DNA of 64,000 nt, taken from positions 2,604,001-2,668,000 of the forward strand of contig BQFW01000002.1 of NCBI GenBank assembly GCA_020891255.1, in the 5' to 3' direction. Shown piece after piece: positions 1 to 12,445 of this stretch (positions within the stretch are counted from its first letter, which is position 1; each line of letters opens with the position of its first letter). This stretch comes from Entomortierella parvispora E1425 (Eukaryota > Fungi > Mortierellomycota). The translations under genes were made by a program, and so were the position numbers. Under the pieces are notes generated by a model. That model saw only the letters and a program-made list of their open reading frames with translations. It did no database searches and had not been told where the DNA came from.

Positions 1-91
1 CGACGCCAAGTTTACCCAAACTTAGAGGCCATTTAATATTTGCACAATCTGAGCCTGTGATCACTTGCATTTTCAGATAAGTTGAGACCAA

Positions 92-1547
92 TCAATAGAT
101 TGGTTTGCGACCAGCCTGCTTCAGCTTCTGTTGGATTGCACTGAAAATCGGCTTGTGTGCCTCATTTGCATCCTTAAAAGCGCTCTCTGCTTTTCTGATG
201 ATGTCTAACCACCCATTCATCTGTTTTTTCAAGTCTTCGACCCGAATTAGGGCGGCTTCCAATTCATCCGGGACACCATGAACGGGTTCAAAGACAAAGA
301 CTTCAGCATGTGTGACTCTTCGACCATTCTGCCCACAATTACAGGGATGATCACGTTGCCTCTGTACAAGGACTGCATGCAGGATCTGCTCAAGCAGGTG
401 GACTCCAAACAGTGGTGAAAGCAGGGTAGTATGAAGGCCATTTCGAGTTTCTTTGACCTCACTTGGAATCACTGCCAAAGCGCGACGATATATGGTCTTG
501 CACTTATAGCCCTCAATACGCTTATCGACGTCCTTGGAATATCCGATCTTGATCGACAACCTTCCAGAATTCGGAGTATCATCTGCAGGAAATAGAAGGC
601 ACCAAGAGCCATTAGTCAAAAGCAACAATATATACATTCATGCTGAAGCCCAATAACTTGTCCACGATTACCGTTTTTATACAGCACGGCATACACATAT
701 CCCTGCGCCAACTTGTCTCGATACTGGCCATGGATATTTCGCAGTTCTTTATCATCACAGTCTTTGTTTGCATCCAGACCCTGCATGATTCCTTCATGCT
801 TCTTTTTGGCTGCTTCCACAGAGTCAAAGTTGAGGAGGTCTTGAAATTCTTGAATGACCTGACGAATGTTGTCCTTGATTTCACTGGAGTATGAGTAATC
901 AAAAGCCATCTCTATAATGCGGCAAGAAAGCGAAAGCGGTGGGTATTAACACAACAGATCATCCCTGTTTTACAATCCTGAGCTCTTTCATTCGCTTCTG
1001 GTTACTTACTATCAAAGTCTTTGCCAGATATGAGGACATTCTCTCGGTCCCCAGCCTGGAGTAAAAAGTCCTTCGATTGAGTTCGAAATCGAGTACCAAA
1101 TATACGACTTTTATCATTGAGACAGTGGTACCCACACTGGAACGTTTGCTCGTTGTCATGTGGATGCAGGAGTTTATAGGAGGCGCGGTTGCATTTTCTG
1201 TGAACACAGTCCAGGCGCCACTGGTCAGCTATTGCTGACCCGTGGTCTTGACAGTAGAAACTTGAAAAATAAAAGTTTTCGATACTTTTTCTCTCACATT
1301 CCTGGCAGGTCATACGGGCCCAGTTAGCCTCTGGATTGAGCATGGGGCCATTGGCAAAGGGGTCTGAGTTTGTTTGAACTGAAATAACGGTCGTCTCGTT
1401 TTCTGACGCTTCTTCAGAGGTAGAAAGTGACCGAACAACAGTATTCCTCAGGGGTGCAGCAGGAGCAGAATCCGAAATAGTCAGGCTTTTGACAGACTTC
1501 AAAAGGTCATCGTCGGTGTATACAGTGTTGGATTTTTTGGGGGCCAT
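92..1547 (-). CDS. T5orf172/MUG113 (GIY-YIG-like) domain protein with Cys/His-rich N-terminal region, 3 exons
   Basis: Three track ORFs join in frame through two GT-AG introns (GTAAGT near 1009 to TATAG near 912; 635-583). Motifs: GYVYAV, IKIGYSKDVDKRI, LLEQILHAVL, CNCG...HAEVF. Confidence 0.75.
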
Positions 1548-1619
1548 GTTGGGAAGCAAGTGTGATGGAAGGTGAAGCATGATAAAAAAAGAGAGCACCA
1601 GTCTATAATCGGTTGTGGC

Positions 1620-1715
1620 AGAATCCTTTGCTTTGCCCTCGCTTTGCCTTTGCTTTGCCTCTGCTTTGCCTTTGCTTTGCTTTTGTTTACGTTGCTTCGC
1701 TTTTGCTTTGCCTGT
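1620..1715. repeat. Degenerate (CTTTG)n low-complexity tract
   Basis: Repeated ctttg/gctttgc units upstream of the T5orf172 gene. Confidence 0.7.
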
Positions 1716-1849
1716 TCCCATCTAGCTCGCTCAGCCTCCAATCCGATAGTGGACAGCAACACCAAAATCCCGCATCCCAGAATAAACCCGAGGTTGAGAA
1801 TTGATCACATCAATGGCACGTATGGCCAGTTCCGGTGCCTGAATCGATT

Positions 1850-3526
1850 TCAGATCACTGCAATCCCGATAGCAAGCAAAGAGCCCGAGAACTGAGCCCT
1901 TGCATCCCCCGGGATCTTCAACTGCCGCAGCCTCGGACAGTGCCGTGCCAACGTCTCTAGAATCCCGGTTCCCAACTTTCCATAAATTTCCGCTTTGGTC
2001 AGGAACGGCAGGTATTGGATCCCCCCCAGGATTCCGGGCTCAGGCTGGGATGGCTTTAGCCGTAGAGTTAACTCTCGAATAGGCAGCGGCATCTCCTTGG
2101 GAGAGAGTCCTCTTTCCAGGTCTTGGATGTCACTTGGGATCAAGCTCTTCGGCACAGGCAGAGTAGGTCTCCAAGGAAAGGACAGCCCTGCTTCAAAGAT
2201 CTCACACTGAGGCATGTACCACCTCAATAATGGCACCAGATCCCACCAAATGTCGCGTTCCAGTTGGAAGGCCTTGAACTCTTTTAGCCCGTCGAACCGA
2301 ACTCGGCAGGCCGTAATGCCAAAGGCCGTTGCCTTGATTGAAAGCTATCGCAAGGAAGTATTGACCAAGAGTTCCCTCTCTTCCCCAGCTTCATCCTAGA
2401 GCGCCGTCATCAGTTACAATACTTCTATATTATGAAAGATCTCGATAAAGAATCGGACTCGGGAAGCCATCGTCTGGTAATGATGACCCAAGGACAAACA
2501 ACGCATCGCCAGGTTCAAGAGACGGCCACGAACGAGATCCCACAAGGCAGGATTCGATGGAAGTTCAAAGAAGCCGTATGAGGACGGGTAGGATCGTACG
2601 CTTGACCGTCCCCGACGTTGTTTTTGAGCCATCACCTCCAAAACATCCTGTTCTCCTGAAAAAAGACCTGGTTGGAAATGGGTCATATCCTTGTGAGAAT
2701 TCAAGACAAGAGCCAAGAAGAGAGTTCCAAGGATACGGTTTCATGGAGACAGGCGTAGAAACCGGTGTCTTTGCCATGGTATGAAATCCTCCATCACTAC
2801 TACTTCCACTATTGCCCAGAAGAGGGGTCCACATCACACTTTCTGGTAGGCGATCAAAGAGCAAGTGTGTCAGCTTGAGAGAACTCTGGATTAATGGCCA
2901 GATGGCTCGACTGAGTCGCTCCCGGATAACTTAGGCACATCTCCTGGATCCATCGAAGCAACCACCTAGGGACAAGCGATTAAAGACAGCGATCCATCGT
3001 ATAGGCAAGATACGTCAGGGATGTTCTCCTCTTTCTCGCCTATTCTTTCTTGATCTTTTCTTTCAAGAGAGAATATACCGGACCTAGGACCAACCAACAA
3101 AGAATGTCCCAAACTTGAGATACAAGACTTGGTGCTCCAATCCAAATCAAATCTAAGAACCAACAATTCAGTTGAGCATTCATGGGCCATGGACCATTCA
3201 AGAAAAAGATCGAGGATCCAGGGACAATGGAGCTTGAGGCGATGGACATGATGGAGGAGTTGCCCAAGATAGGCACGTCTCTCTTGGCTTTCCTCGCGGG
3301 TCTGAGGTTTAGAATATCTCGTCACCCCCTTGAATCAAAACGAACGAAGCGTTCTTGAGAGACGGTTTGGGCGTCCATCATCGATATGGCGCCAATACAT
3401 GGGGATGAAGGCCTGGCGCCACGCGCGAGAGACCTGCGTGCAAGCAGCAAGGCTTTCGTCCCTTTAGGATGCATCGCCTTCGAACGAGAGGACGACCTGT
3501 TCAACAAGCTCAGGTATATGGAGCAT
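1850..3526 (-). pseudogene. Disrupted F-box/LRR-like gene
   Basis: ATG at 3526 gives MLHIPELVEQVVLSFEGDAS*RDESLAACTQVSRAWRQAFIPMYWRHI, an F-box-like segment with an in-frame TAA at 3464-3466. A second stop and frame changes follow. Downstream fragments are LRR-like (LETLARHCPRLRQLKI). Confidence 0.65.
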
Positions 3527-3746
3527 TGCAGATTTGTGAATGGAACATATGAACTGCGAGCAACACGTTCCAGATGCACGCATGCACACTGCGCCACCAG
3601 CCAGCAATTTTTTTCTTTCTTTGATTTATTTAACAGTGCAATCGGCGACGGCGTCGCTGTCGTGTGGGGTCGTTGTCTTTTTTCATGCATTCTATGAGCG
3701 GAATTGCTGCCGTCATTACTTCTTCCTTCTGTCTTCTTTTTTCTGC

Positions 3747-6700
3747 TTAGTCGTCGCCCTGGTGGTACGAGACCTTGCGCATCTCGCCCAAAACACGTCT
3801 GGCCAGCGTGAGCTCCTTCTCCAGCTTCAAGATTTCGACCTGCTGGCCCATCTCCTTGATCTTGAACTCGTGTGCGTTCATGGCCTGGTAATCAACCGCA
3901 GTCTCGCGTTCCTTCATCTCGCGCTCCATGATCGCCTTGACTGCACGGACCAAAGCACGCGACGCCTCCGTCACAGCCTTGGAAGCACGCTCCAGGTTAT
4001 CCTGAGCCTTGGACATGAAGTTGGCCTTGACTCTGGAGGCTGCCACCAGCTGCGCTGTTGCGGCCGCCACCTCGTTAGACGCCACCAACAATTGCTCCAT
4101 GGAGTGGGTCTTGGAAATAACTCCATCAGCAGTTTCGACCAAAAGTGTAGTCGCCACAGCGACTGCCTTGGCTGCAGAGATTAAGCCCTCAGTCCAGCGG
4201 TTGTTCTTCTTGTAGAAGGCAGCGTTGGTAGAAGTGCCTCGGCCCTGGGCCACGACTTCCTGTTGTGAGATAGTGGCGCACTTGATCAGATGACCAATGG
4301 CCTGCATCATCGCCATTGCACTCTCCAAGATCGAAGCATTGACCTGGAGCTCAAAGGCGCTAAGACCATCGTTCTTGGGCTTGGACATCAAAGCCTGAAG
4401 ACGTGCTGTGGCCTCCTCGATTGTCCTGGCAGCGTTGCTCATCTCATTCTCGACCATATCACCGAGATCCATCTTGGTAGGATCCAATTGACTGTTCTTG
4501 GGGAGCAAGTTCTCGGCGGCCTTGGCCAAACGCTCCGTGGCAGTTTGAACATTCTCGTTGGATCGGGTGATGGTCCTGATCGCTCCCTCGGGTGAGAGTC
4601 CACCCAAGTGAGAGGACATCACGTTGGTGAAGAACTCCTGCACAGCCAAGGCAGATCCCTTGGCTTGACGGATAATCTCCTCCGCATCCTCATCCTTCTT
4701 GGCGAGACGAGTGATTCCCTTGGCATTCTCCATCACATCCGAGAGAGTCTGCGACAAGTTCAAAGCTGCACGAATGGCTTCCACTTGGTTGATGTCGCTG
4801 GTGGCAGTCGAGCGAAGGTATTGCATCAATGATAGCTCAAACTCGGTCGAGGCCGTATGGGCCTTCTCGATCATAGACAGAGTGAATTCGGGGGTAGCGT
4901 TCTGGTTACCGAGCTGAGTGGGGGATTCGAGATCATAGATGCACTCCTCAACCTTGTTGATGCAGGTCTCCAAGATGGAATCCAGAATTTGCTGCAACTT
5001 GCGCTTGTGTGCACTCGTCATGGTGTCCAATCGTCCCTGGAGAGAGGCACTCTGATCGTCCTGACTATCCCTCAAGGTTGCCAATTCGAGAAGAGCCTCA
5101 TCCAATCCAGTCTCGAGAACCATTCTCTCCTCTTCACTCTCGATTTGCATGCGCTCAATCTCGGCACGCTGGTCCTCGACCTGACGCATCAGAGAATCAA
5201 TCTCGCGCTGGCGGCGGTTGGCAAGATCCTCAAGGTCTTGCTTCTCGCGGTTGAACTTGGCGACCATAGCACCGGTCTCGGAGCTCTTGGAGCGGCCCAA
5301 GTCTTCAACACGGCCGTTAGCCATTTCGAGGTCGCGCTTGAGACGAGCAATCTCGTCATTCTGGGTGTTCTGCCATCTCAAGAGCTCGTTCTTGGCACGG
5401 TCACGCTCACGAACCATATCGGCCATTTGCAAGTTCTTGTCCTTGATCTCCTTTTGCATCTTCTCCATCTTGTCCACGGCTTCCTGGGCAGAGTTGGCCT
5501 TGAGTTGAACAGACTTGAACTTGGTCAACAAATCCAAATGTTCTTGGCGAAGTTGAGAGTAGAGCTTGGCCAAAGCCTCATATTTGGACTTCCAGACGTT
5601 GATTTGCTCTAATGGGTGGAGGAGTTGAATGGTCAGTTAATGAGGGAAGTAGAATGAATCTTGATCCTGTTCAAGAATCGGATGATGTCTTGACTTTCAA
5701 CGATCAAAGTCATCCACGCACCTTGGATGTTGCGGATCATTTCGTCTTTGGAGTTGAGTTGCTGCTGGGCGTTCAGGTTGATCAACTGCATCTCCTGCTC
5801 CAACCCCTTGACTCTCTACATATCAGGCAATAGGCGCAAATGCAACATTGGTCAGAGATCCATATTTTAGGGGTATGCCAGTGTAAAGGAATCGCCGGTC
5901 CAAACTTACTCTGTCATACTGGTCAATCAACATCTGATCGCGCTCATATTGACCACGCAGGGCCAAGACATCTCTTTCGAGCTCAGCAAGACGGCCCTCG
6001 GCCTGGCGTTGCATCTGCTCCCGTCCAAGCTGCTCGCGCTGAAGACGCTCACGTTCCATCTGTGCTCGCTGCTGTTCTTCAAAGTTTTGCTGAAGTTTAA
6101 GAGCCTCCATTTGCTGCTGTTGCTGCTCCATTTCGCGCTGTTGCTGAAGACGTTGCTGCTCCAGTTCGTACTCGCGCTGCTTCTTGGCAATCTCACGCTG
6201 TTGCGCTGCCCAGTCGGGCTCAGGTGTTGCAGGAGGTGTTTCCTTGACAATCTTGCGGCTGGGAGTCATGGGAGGTGAGTCCGAGAGCTGAAGGTTTGGT
6301 GGATCCTGAGGCAATTTGGGGACACTGATCAAACTGGTTAAGTACTTCAAGTTGGAGCACTCATAGTAGAACTTGATCAGGGCGTAATGTTGGGCATTGT
6401 AGCGTTGCTTCAAAAGAACCAATCCTTCGGGGTCGTTGGTGCCTATGATGGAGCAATGCAACAACACGGTTAGTCAAATCTGAAAAACCAACAGCAAAAA
6501 AGCATACCCACTTCAATAGGGATGTAGTGACATACGCTTGTACATGGCACGCAACATGCTGGTGGCAAACTTGTAGATGGCGTAACTCTCTTCCACCAAG
6601 GGAACCAAGGCAGCGATCCTGCACTCGTTGTTGGAAGATGGGCGGAAGTTGGCAAAAACCAACTTCTGGAACTGATCAATTTGGTCCTGCAAGTTCATCA

Positions 6701-7730
6701 AGTCCGTAATGGTCTCGTATCTGTGAATGAGGAGATGGAGCTACTGTTAGTTTTTCTTTTCTCGGACAAAGATTGATCCATCCAACACTGTCAGAACGAT
6801 ACGCTACCCCTCGTTAGGGTCATCGATACCCTTCAAGGAAATATACTCCTTGTAGTCAAAAGTGCCGTTGAATTCGGGGTGGTTGCTGTGATATCTCAGC
6901 TTTGAATGCAAGAAGTCGACATAATTGCGGATCAAAGTAGCGTATCCTATGGGCAGTTATAATTATAAAAAGTGCGTGAGCATTTTTCCTCACGCGCAAG
7001 AGGTGCAGCCGTCTGATAGTCGCATCTGAAAAGCCCAACGATCCTGTCTTTCTTACCTCGGCCGTCATACTGCGAGGTGGAGCGAGCGCACTGGTCCAGC
7101 CAGTCCGACTCCTTCTGAGCGTCCCTCAAGGCCTAGGATTGTGTAAAACGACCGGTCCATAGAGACATGGAGAAAATAGATTCGATGATGAGAACATTGC
7201 AACGAGAGCCTTGCTTTGCAGCCACCCACAAACTCTCTCCCTCAATTATGCTGGCGTGAGCCGCCGACTTTTCTCGACAGCATGGTCGTCTGGCTCCCCC
7301 TGTCTGCTGCATACGATGCTTCCTAGGGTCTGTTGGACGCAATAGCACTTACAGTAGGATGTCCATCGCGGATGATCTTGTGAGCTGAGATAAGGGCTTT
7401 GAAGGTCTGAACCTCATCGCCCAACAGGGGCTGGGAGCGGAAGCCGTGCCAGACCGACACTGAAGAACGATAGTCCCAGGTGTAAACGATACAGGCTGTT
7501 ACAGAGACGCAGTTGTAGGGTTAGCGAGGTCGCCTCTGGCTCATTCTCACTCCTGCGACCGGTTTGACTCTAGCTCTCTTTTGCAGGTCAAAGTCGAATC
7601 CAGACAGTTGGTTACCTCGGACGTGCTTCTGCTTGGGGGCGGTTTCTTCGGCACTGGTGGCCTTCTTGATGTGCAGCGCAAGGTCGGCCTCGGCCTTGTC
7701 GCGGTCCATGGGTCTAGTGGTGAAAGACAT
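3747..7730 (-). CDS. SLA2: Sla2/End4/HIP1R endocytic adaptor (ANTH, coiled coil, I/LWEQ talin-like domain), multi-exon
   Basis: N-terminal IKKATSAEETAPKQKHVR/ACIVYTWD ANTH motifs; Q/E-rich coiled coil; C-terminal FYKKNNRWTEGLISAAKAVA and EIAAS-like (EVAAATAQLVAASRVKA) I/LWEQ signature. Confidence 0.96.
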
Positions 7731-8700
7731 TGTCGTTTCCTGATGACTCTACGGTCCTGAGAAGTGAATTGATGTCCAGTGAGTGGCCTGTAAAGTTGAG
7801 AGATGTCATGAAGCCATGAAGCCTGGTTAGTCGGCATGAACGCTGCTGGATGAAGGCAAGAATCCCTCGCTGGGCACGGACATCCTCCTGGATGGAAAGA
7901 TGGTGGCAAAATAAAAAGCGATGTCTGTCCGTTGACACTTGCCTCCTACAGGGCAGGATAAGAGGAACGAGGCTGAGCGTGGGAGAGAGCGAGAAAGGAG
8001 CAAAAGAGGAAGAGACGAGACCCGGATGCGGAGGAGAGGAGAGGGGAAGGGAGAGAGTGAGAGAAGGAGATTGAGGACAGAAGGGGGGAAAGGATGGAAG
8101 AAAGGAACGAAGGATTGGATGGATGGATGGATGGAAGGGAGGGAGGAATAAAAAGAAACCACGCTGACCGTTGGGCGTGACCCAGGAACAGAGAGAGAAC
8201 AGAGAGAGAACAGAGGTGCGATTCTCTCGCGCTGTTCTCGCTCCTTCGCCCCCGGAAGGGTGTCCTTCTTTGGTGCAACCATCCCTCATCTTCTCTTGCC
8301 TGTCCTTCCCCTCTTGGCCTTGCCTCCTTCTCGACTCGACTTCCTCTTCTTCTTCATCCCGGTATCGGGGCTGGGGTCGGGTGTGGTGGAGCGACAACGT
8401 GCTTCACGTCTCGGTTTCATGATTTTCCAGAGAAACGAGTCTCCTCTCGTCATTGGATCTCGATCCAGATCCCCCCTTCCAGTTTGTCTGGTGCCGTCAT
8501 AAACTAGCATTCGTATCGTGTCATTTGCCTTTAAGGCGATTTTCTTCTCTCTCGTTTTATTACATACAAAGGGCGGCAGAGGTATTTACAGGTTGTCCTT
8601 TCATGAGAAAGGAGCTGGTGATCAGTGTCGCAGGACACTACAATTGTTTTGGCTCTTTTCTTCTTCTTTTGAACACACTGGCGTTCTCACAGTGTCCTGC

Positions 8701-9075
8701 TCAAAGATTCTCGCCAACGACCTGTCGCAAGGTCTTTGCCGTCAGAGGTCTGCCGCGTTTCTCAGACTCGGAGGCCTCTCTCATCCATTGGTCCTTGGTG
8801 ACCTTGGAACAGTGAGCGCCTTGACCCGCTGGGTTCTTGAACGCCACGACTCCCTTTTCCAGGATGACCTTTATGTCCTTCACTCGACTCGGATCGGTGA
8901 CTGACCACTTCTCCTCCACTTCTGAACCAAGGACATAGATCCGATAGACACACAGGTTGGACTGACGAGCATCTGCAAAGAGGCGACGACGAGCGTTAGC
9001 GTCTGGCTCTGCAAGTGCTTTGGAGTAGAACGCTTCTGGCGAGAGTCCCGTTTGTGGGTAGCCGACGCCAGACAT
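8701..9075 (-). CDS. Small (~124 aa) hypothetical helical protein, possibly HAT/TPR-like
   Basis: Single ORF MSGVGYPQ...VVGENL with protein-like composition; IYVLGSEVEEKW and VKVILEKG-like segment (IKVILEKGV) resemble HAT repeats. Confidence 0.55.
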   Translation of the reverse strand: MSGVGYPQTGLSPEAFYSKALAEPDANARRRLFADARQSNLCVYRIYVLGSEVEEKWSVTDPSRVKDIKVILEKGVVAFKNPAGQGAHCSKVTKDQWMREASESEKRGRPLTAKTLRQVVGENL

Positions 9076-9405
9076 TTTTTTTTTTTTTTTCAAGAGTCCT
9101 TTCCTTTCTGTGTTATTTTGGTGTCAGAGGAGGAGGAAGGTGAACAAAGGCGAGTGTGTGTGTCTTTTTTTTTTTCAGAATGATGTTAGCAAGGAGAGAA
9201 CAATGCATTCCAACAATGGAGGACGACCGCAGGGAAGGGGCTATTAACATCAGGAAGAGGCTCAATTGAAATCACACCAACACAATTGCCTCTCCTTTTC
9301 AACAGGCCACGTTAGGAACAGTCTCGTAGTTGTGATCCAAGGCGCTCTCTTGGCATGTCAATCGGACATTGGTCTGGTCGCAAGCCAAGCCACCGTTCAA
9401 AGACC

Positions 9406-9413
9406 TATAAAAA
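9406..9413 (+). promoter_or_regulatory. TATA box of the U2 snRNA gene
   Basis: CTATAAAAAGGGG about 39 nt upstream of the inferred U2 5' end. Confidence 0.55.
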
Positions 9414-9444
9414 GGGGCCTCAAACGGGAAATTTTTTGCTCTTT

Positions 9445-9631
9445 ACCCGCTCTAGCTTTTTGGCTAAGATCAAGTGTAGTATCTGTTCTTATTATTCTAA
9501 TCGAATAATATGGCCCCTACGGGGGTCAATACGATTAATTTTATTTTTGATCTGCGCGGCCCAGCTCTGGCTTGCCATCTGTGGCTTGCACTGGTGTCCT
9601 TGGTATTGCACTATCTCCAAGTTGACGCCGA
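9445..9631 (+). ncRNA. U2: U2 spliceosomal snRNA
   Basis: TTTTGGCTAAGATCAAGTGTAGTATCTGTTCTT core with the branch-point recognition sequence; stem IIa TATTATT/AATAATA whose loop TAATCG pairs with downstream CGATTA; stem IIb GGCCCC-TACG-GGGGTC; Sm-like AATTTTATTTTTGA; stem-loop IV with ATTGCAC. Confidence 0.96.
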
Positions 9632-9806
9632 CCCGCAAATCCTCTCTTATTTCTTCCAACAAACAAAAAAAAAAAAAAAGATTCAATTTCTCTTCTTTGT
9701 GCAAGATGGTCTGTGTCTCCGTAATACACGCCTTTCAAAATCACTTTTTCTCACACCACTGATTGTGGATGTTATCGTGCTTTTTTTATTGCAGTCTTCG
9801 CATCCA

Positions 9807-11322
9807 CTACGCAATGATTCGAAGCTCTTGAATACGATTGGGCGAGAACTTGTCTTTGTAACGCTCCCAAATGGCCAAAACGGAATCAATATACTTTTGC
9901 TGCAGTTCCTGAAGCTGCTCTATCGTTGGGTTTCCGTCTTCAGCTTTTTCAACGTGGATCGGTTTACCAATCACTATAAATACGGGTCTCCTCTTTGGAA
10001 GAAGCCCAAACCTGTCTATTGAGTTTGTTCAGATAGAAAGACCGCCAAGAACATTAGTCAAAGGAGTTCACTTTGAGAGGCAACTGGACACCTTACACAG
10101 AAACAAATAAAATGACGCGAGACTGGCAGTTCTCTGCAAAGATTTTTTTTTTTTGCATCCACTTACAATTGAAAATACCGCGGCCATTGACAATGGGCAT
10201 GGTGAAGCCGCAATAGCGCTTGACAAGTTGTTGAAACTTGTAAAACTTGCTATTCTCTTCTGCAGTGAACTGGTCGTACAAGTCAGTTTCGCCGAAAGCA
10301 AGTGTGGGCACCAAACTCGCGCTAGAACAATGAGGAGATGAATGTCGATGTTAGTCATTGTCCCCTCACAAAGATCACTTTGCCAAGTAGTTGAAGGAAA
10401 GGACGTCATTTACCCATTGACCAACGCCAGTTTGATGAACCCAAGCCGCTTCTTGAGTGTCAAATCTAAAGTACCAGGGCGAGCAGCCAGACTCTCTTGT
10501 GCACCCCCAACCACAATTGCAATCGAGTTGCCTGGTCCTGACCGCAAAATATATTCACAGGACTTTTTGGAAACAGAGGCCAGTCCATGGGCCATAATGT
10601 AGTCGCGATGAAATGGAACTTGGAAGTTGCTTTGAAGAGTCAACAGTCGCGGGTGAATTCCAGGAAAGTGCTTTGAGAAATGCAGGCCGTCCGTGCCAAA
10701 GGTGGCCAGGGCACCCATACCCACAATACCATGTGGGTGATAACCGAAAATGTAGTTCTTGGAGGGATCCAAATCACCCTCCTATGTTTGTATTGTTGAT
10801 ATGAAGGATTGGTTCAGTGAAATGATCAGTGCGCTTTGGTCCCCTTTTGATTTGACTAACCAACAATGGGTGAGCGCACAAACATTTTGGCTGTTTTTTT
10901 TCTTTTCCCCCCTTCCTCTTGTTTGACTCTACCTTCACAAGCGTCATGGGAAAATATTGGGCAAAGTACTTCCACCCACGCCAGCTCCTCCACCAGGGCG
11001 CGATTCGACCTCCGCGCTCAGGGGCCTTGTCAAATATGACAATCCATGTCAGGTACGCGATAATCAAGGGCCAAAGGACTTTAAAAGTACAAAGAAACAA
11101 GAAGGACATCACAGTGACAACCGCCGAAGAAAGCCAGACCAGAACTGCCCCTGTCTGGAGCCGTCGCTTGAATGGCACGCGGATGGGAGCAAAGAATGGC
11201 ATCTTGTTTTGTTCAGCACCCATTAAGAACACCTGGCTGGATTCCTGTTGCGCGTCCTGCCCAGCTGTGGTGGTGTCGGTGGTGGTGGTGGTGGTGGTGG
11301 TGGTGGTGGTAGAAGGAGGCAT
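9807..11322 (-). CDS. DGA1: Diacylglycerol O-acyltransferase 2 (DGAT2 family), 4 exons
   Basis: YFP motif, YIFGYHPHG catalytic motif, GGAQESL, RLGFIKLAL, LVPTLAFGE, FGLLPKRRPV; stop TAG at 9807-9809. The start could instead be the downstream MPFFAP. Confidence 0.93.
11278..11310. repeat. (GGT)n microsatellite (poly-Thr if the upstream DGAT2 ATG is used)
   Basis: About 11 GGT units. Confidence 0.9.
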
Positions 11323-11476
11323 GCCCGGACTTATGAACTCGCGCGAGTTTGGAAGGGGTGAAAACGAGGCTCAGTTGCTGATAAAAGTGCGGGTGGAGGG
11401 GTATAAGAGACGGATGAGATGCTCTGGGTTTCAAATGGATGATGGAGAGATGGACAGGTGGACAATCCGAATCGGC

Positions 11477-11478
<2 letters not shown>

Positions 11479-11506
<28 letters not shown>
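11479..11506. repeat. (GA)n microsatellite
   Basis: About 14 GA units upstream of DGAT2. Confidence 0.9.
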
Positions 11507-11510
<4 letters not shown>

Positions 11511-12445
11511 GAGGAAGAGGCGGAGAAAAGAAGAAAGAAAGAGAAGGGAGAAAGAAAGGGCAAAGAAACCTCGAGTGAGCAGCTGAACGGACCTCTTGCC
11601 CCCCACAAGGCGAAATTGATACGCCGACAATTGAACCCTTCCGCTCTGCACCGCAGGAAAAGTAATGCAAGGTTGAGGTTTGTTATCTTTCGTTTGCCGT
11701 CCAATGGCCCAATATTCATGCATCTCTCTGTCTTCTCGGTCCCGCAAGTCTCGCTTCCCACGTGAAAGGAAGAGACAGTGCCGCGGTGCAACGGGATAAT
11801 CGAGAGGCCAACTTCTTCTTTGGTCAGAACTGAAGACTTCTCCAGAGAATGAACGTAGTCTCTATGAAATGGCCAACAACTGTTCGAGAAAAACAATCAT
11901 CTGTTGATACGTCTTCGGGAGAATGCTTGGCGCTCTTGTTGGCTTGAGCTTCCTTCCGACTTTGCAGTTTTTTTTTGATCTTAAGCACTTTATTGTCTAC
12001 TTTAATGTCTGGGACCTACCATTCCTTTCAAGTACAGGTCCTGCACTCTTTCTTTCATCAAGATTCATTTCATACAACCTTTTGCTTTTGCATCATACTC
12101 ATGTTCATATTCACATTTACACCCACATTCAGATGGCATTTGGCAAATTCAACACAAGCTCAAGAGAACGTAACATCGCACCCGCAAGATAAAGAAATAG
12201 CACGTTCCTGGCAGCAGTAAATAAGCATGGTCCAGAAGCAGTAACAACAATCACGTTCCTGTCACATCCTCGTGTCCAGAGTACCAGTCCATTCCTGTCG
12301 ATGATTTGTCCACAATTGAACAGAACGTCAAAAAAGAAAAAAAGACCCAGAGGGCCGTGCTGCCAAAGAGAATTATCCAAGCTTAAAGCATGGTTTATTA
12401 CTACTTTGCAACAAGTGAACAAGATCCTGAAGTTGAAAAGGTAAT

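Noticed and set aside
3540-5612. Long antisense ORFs over SLA2 (and similar ones over VMA1, APL1, SSF1 and the esterases)
   Set aside because: Shadow ORFs produced by codon bias of the real genes; no recognisable domains.
7714-8510. ORFs in purine/pyrimidine-rich tracts upstream of SLA2 (also 11213-11896, 42420-42920, 58293-58865)
   Set aside because: Translations of CT/GA microsatellite-rich promoter and UTR sequence.
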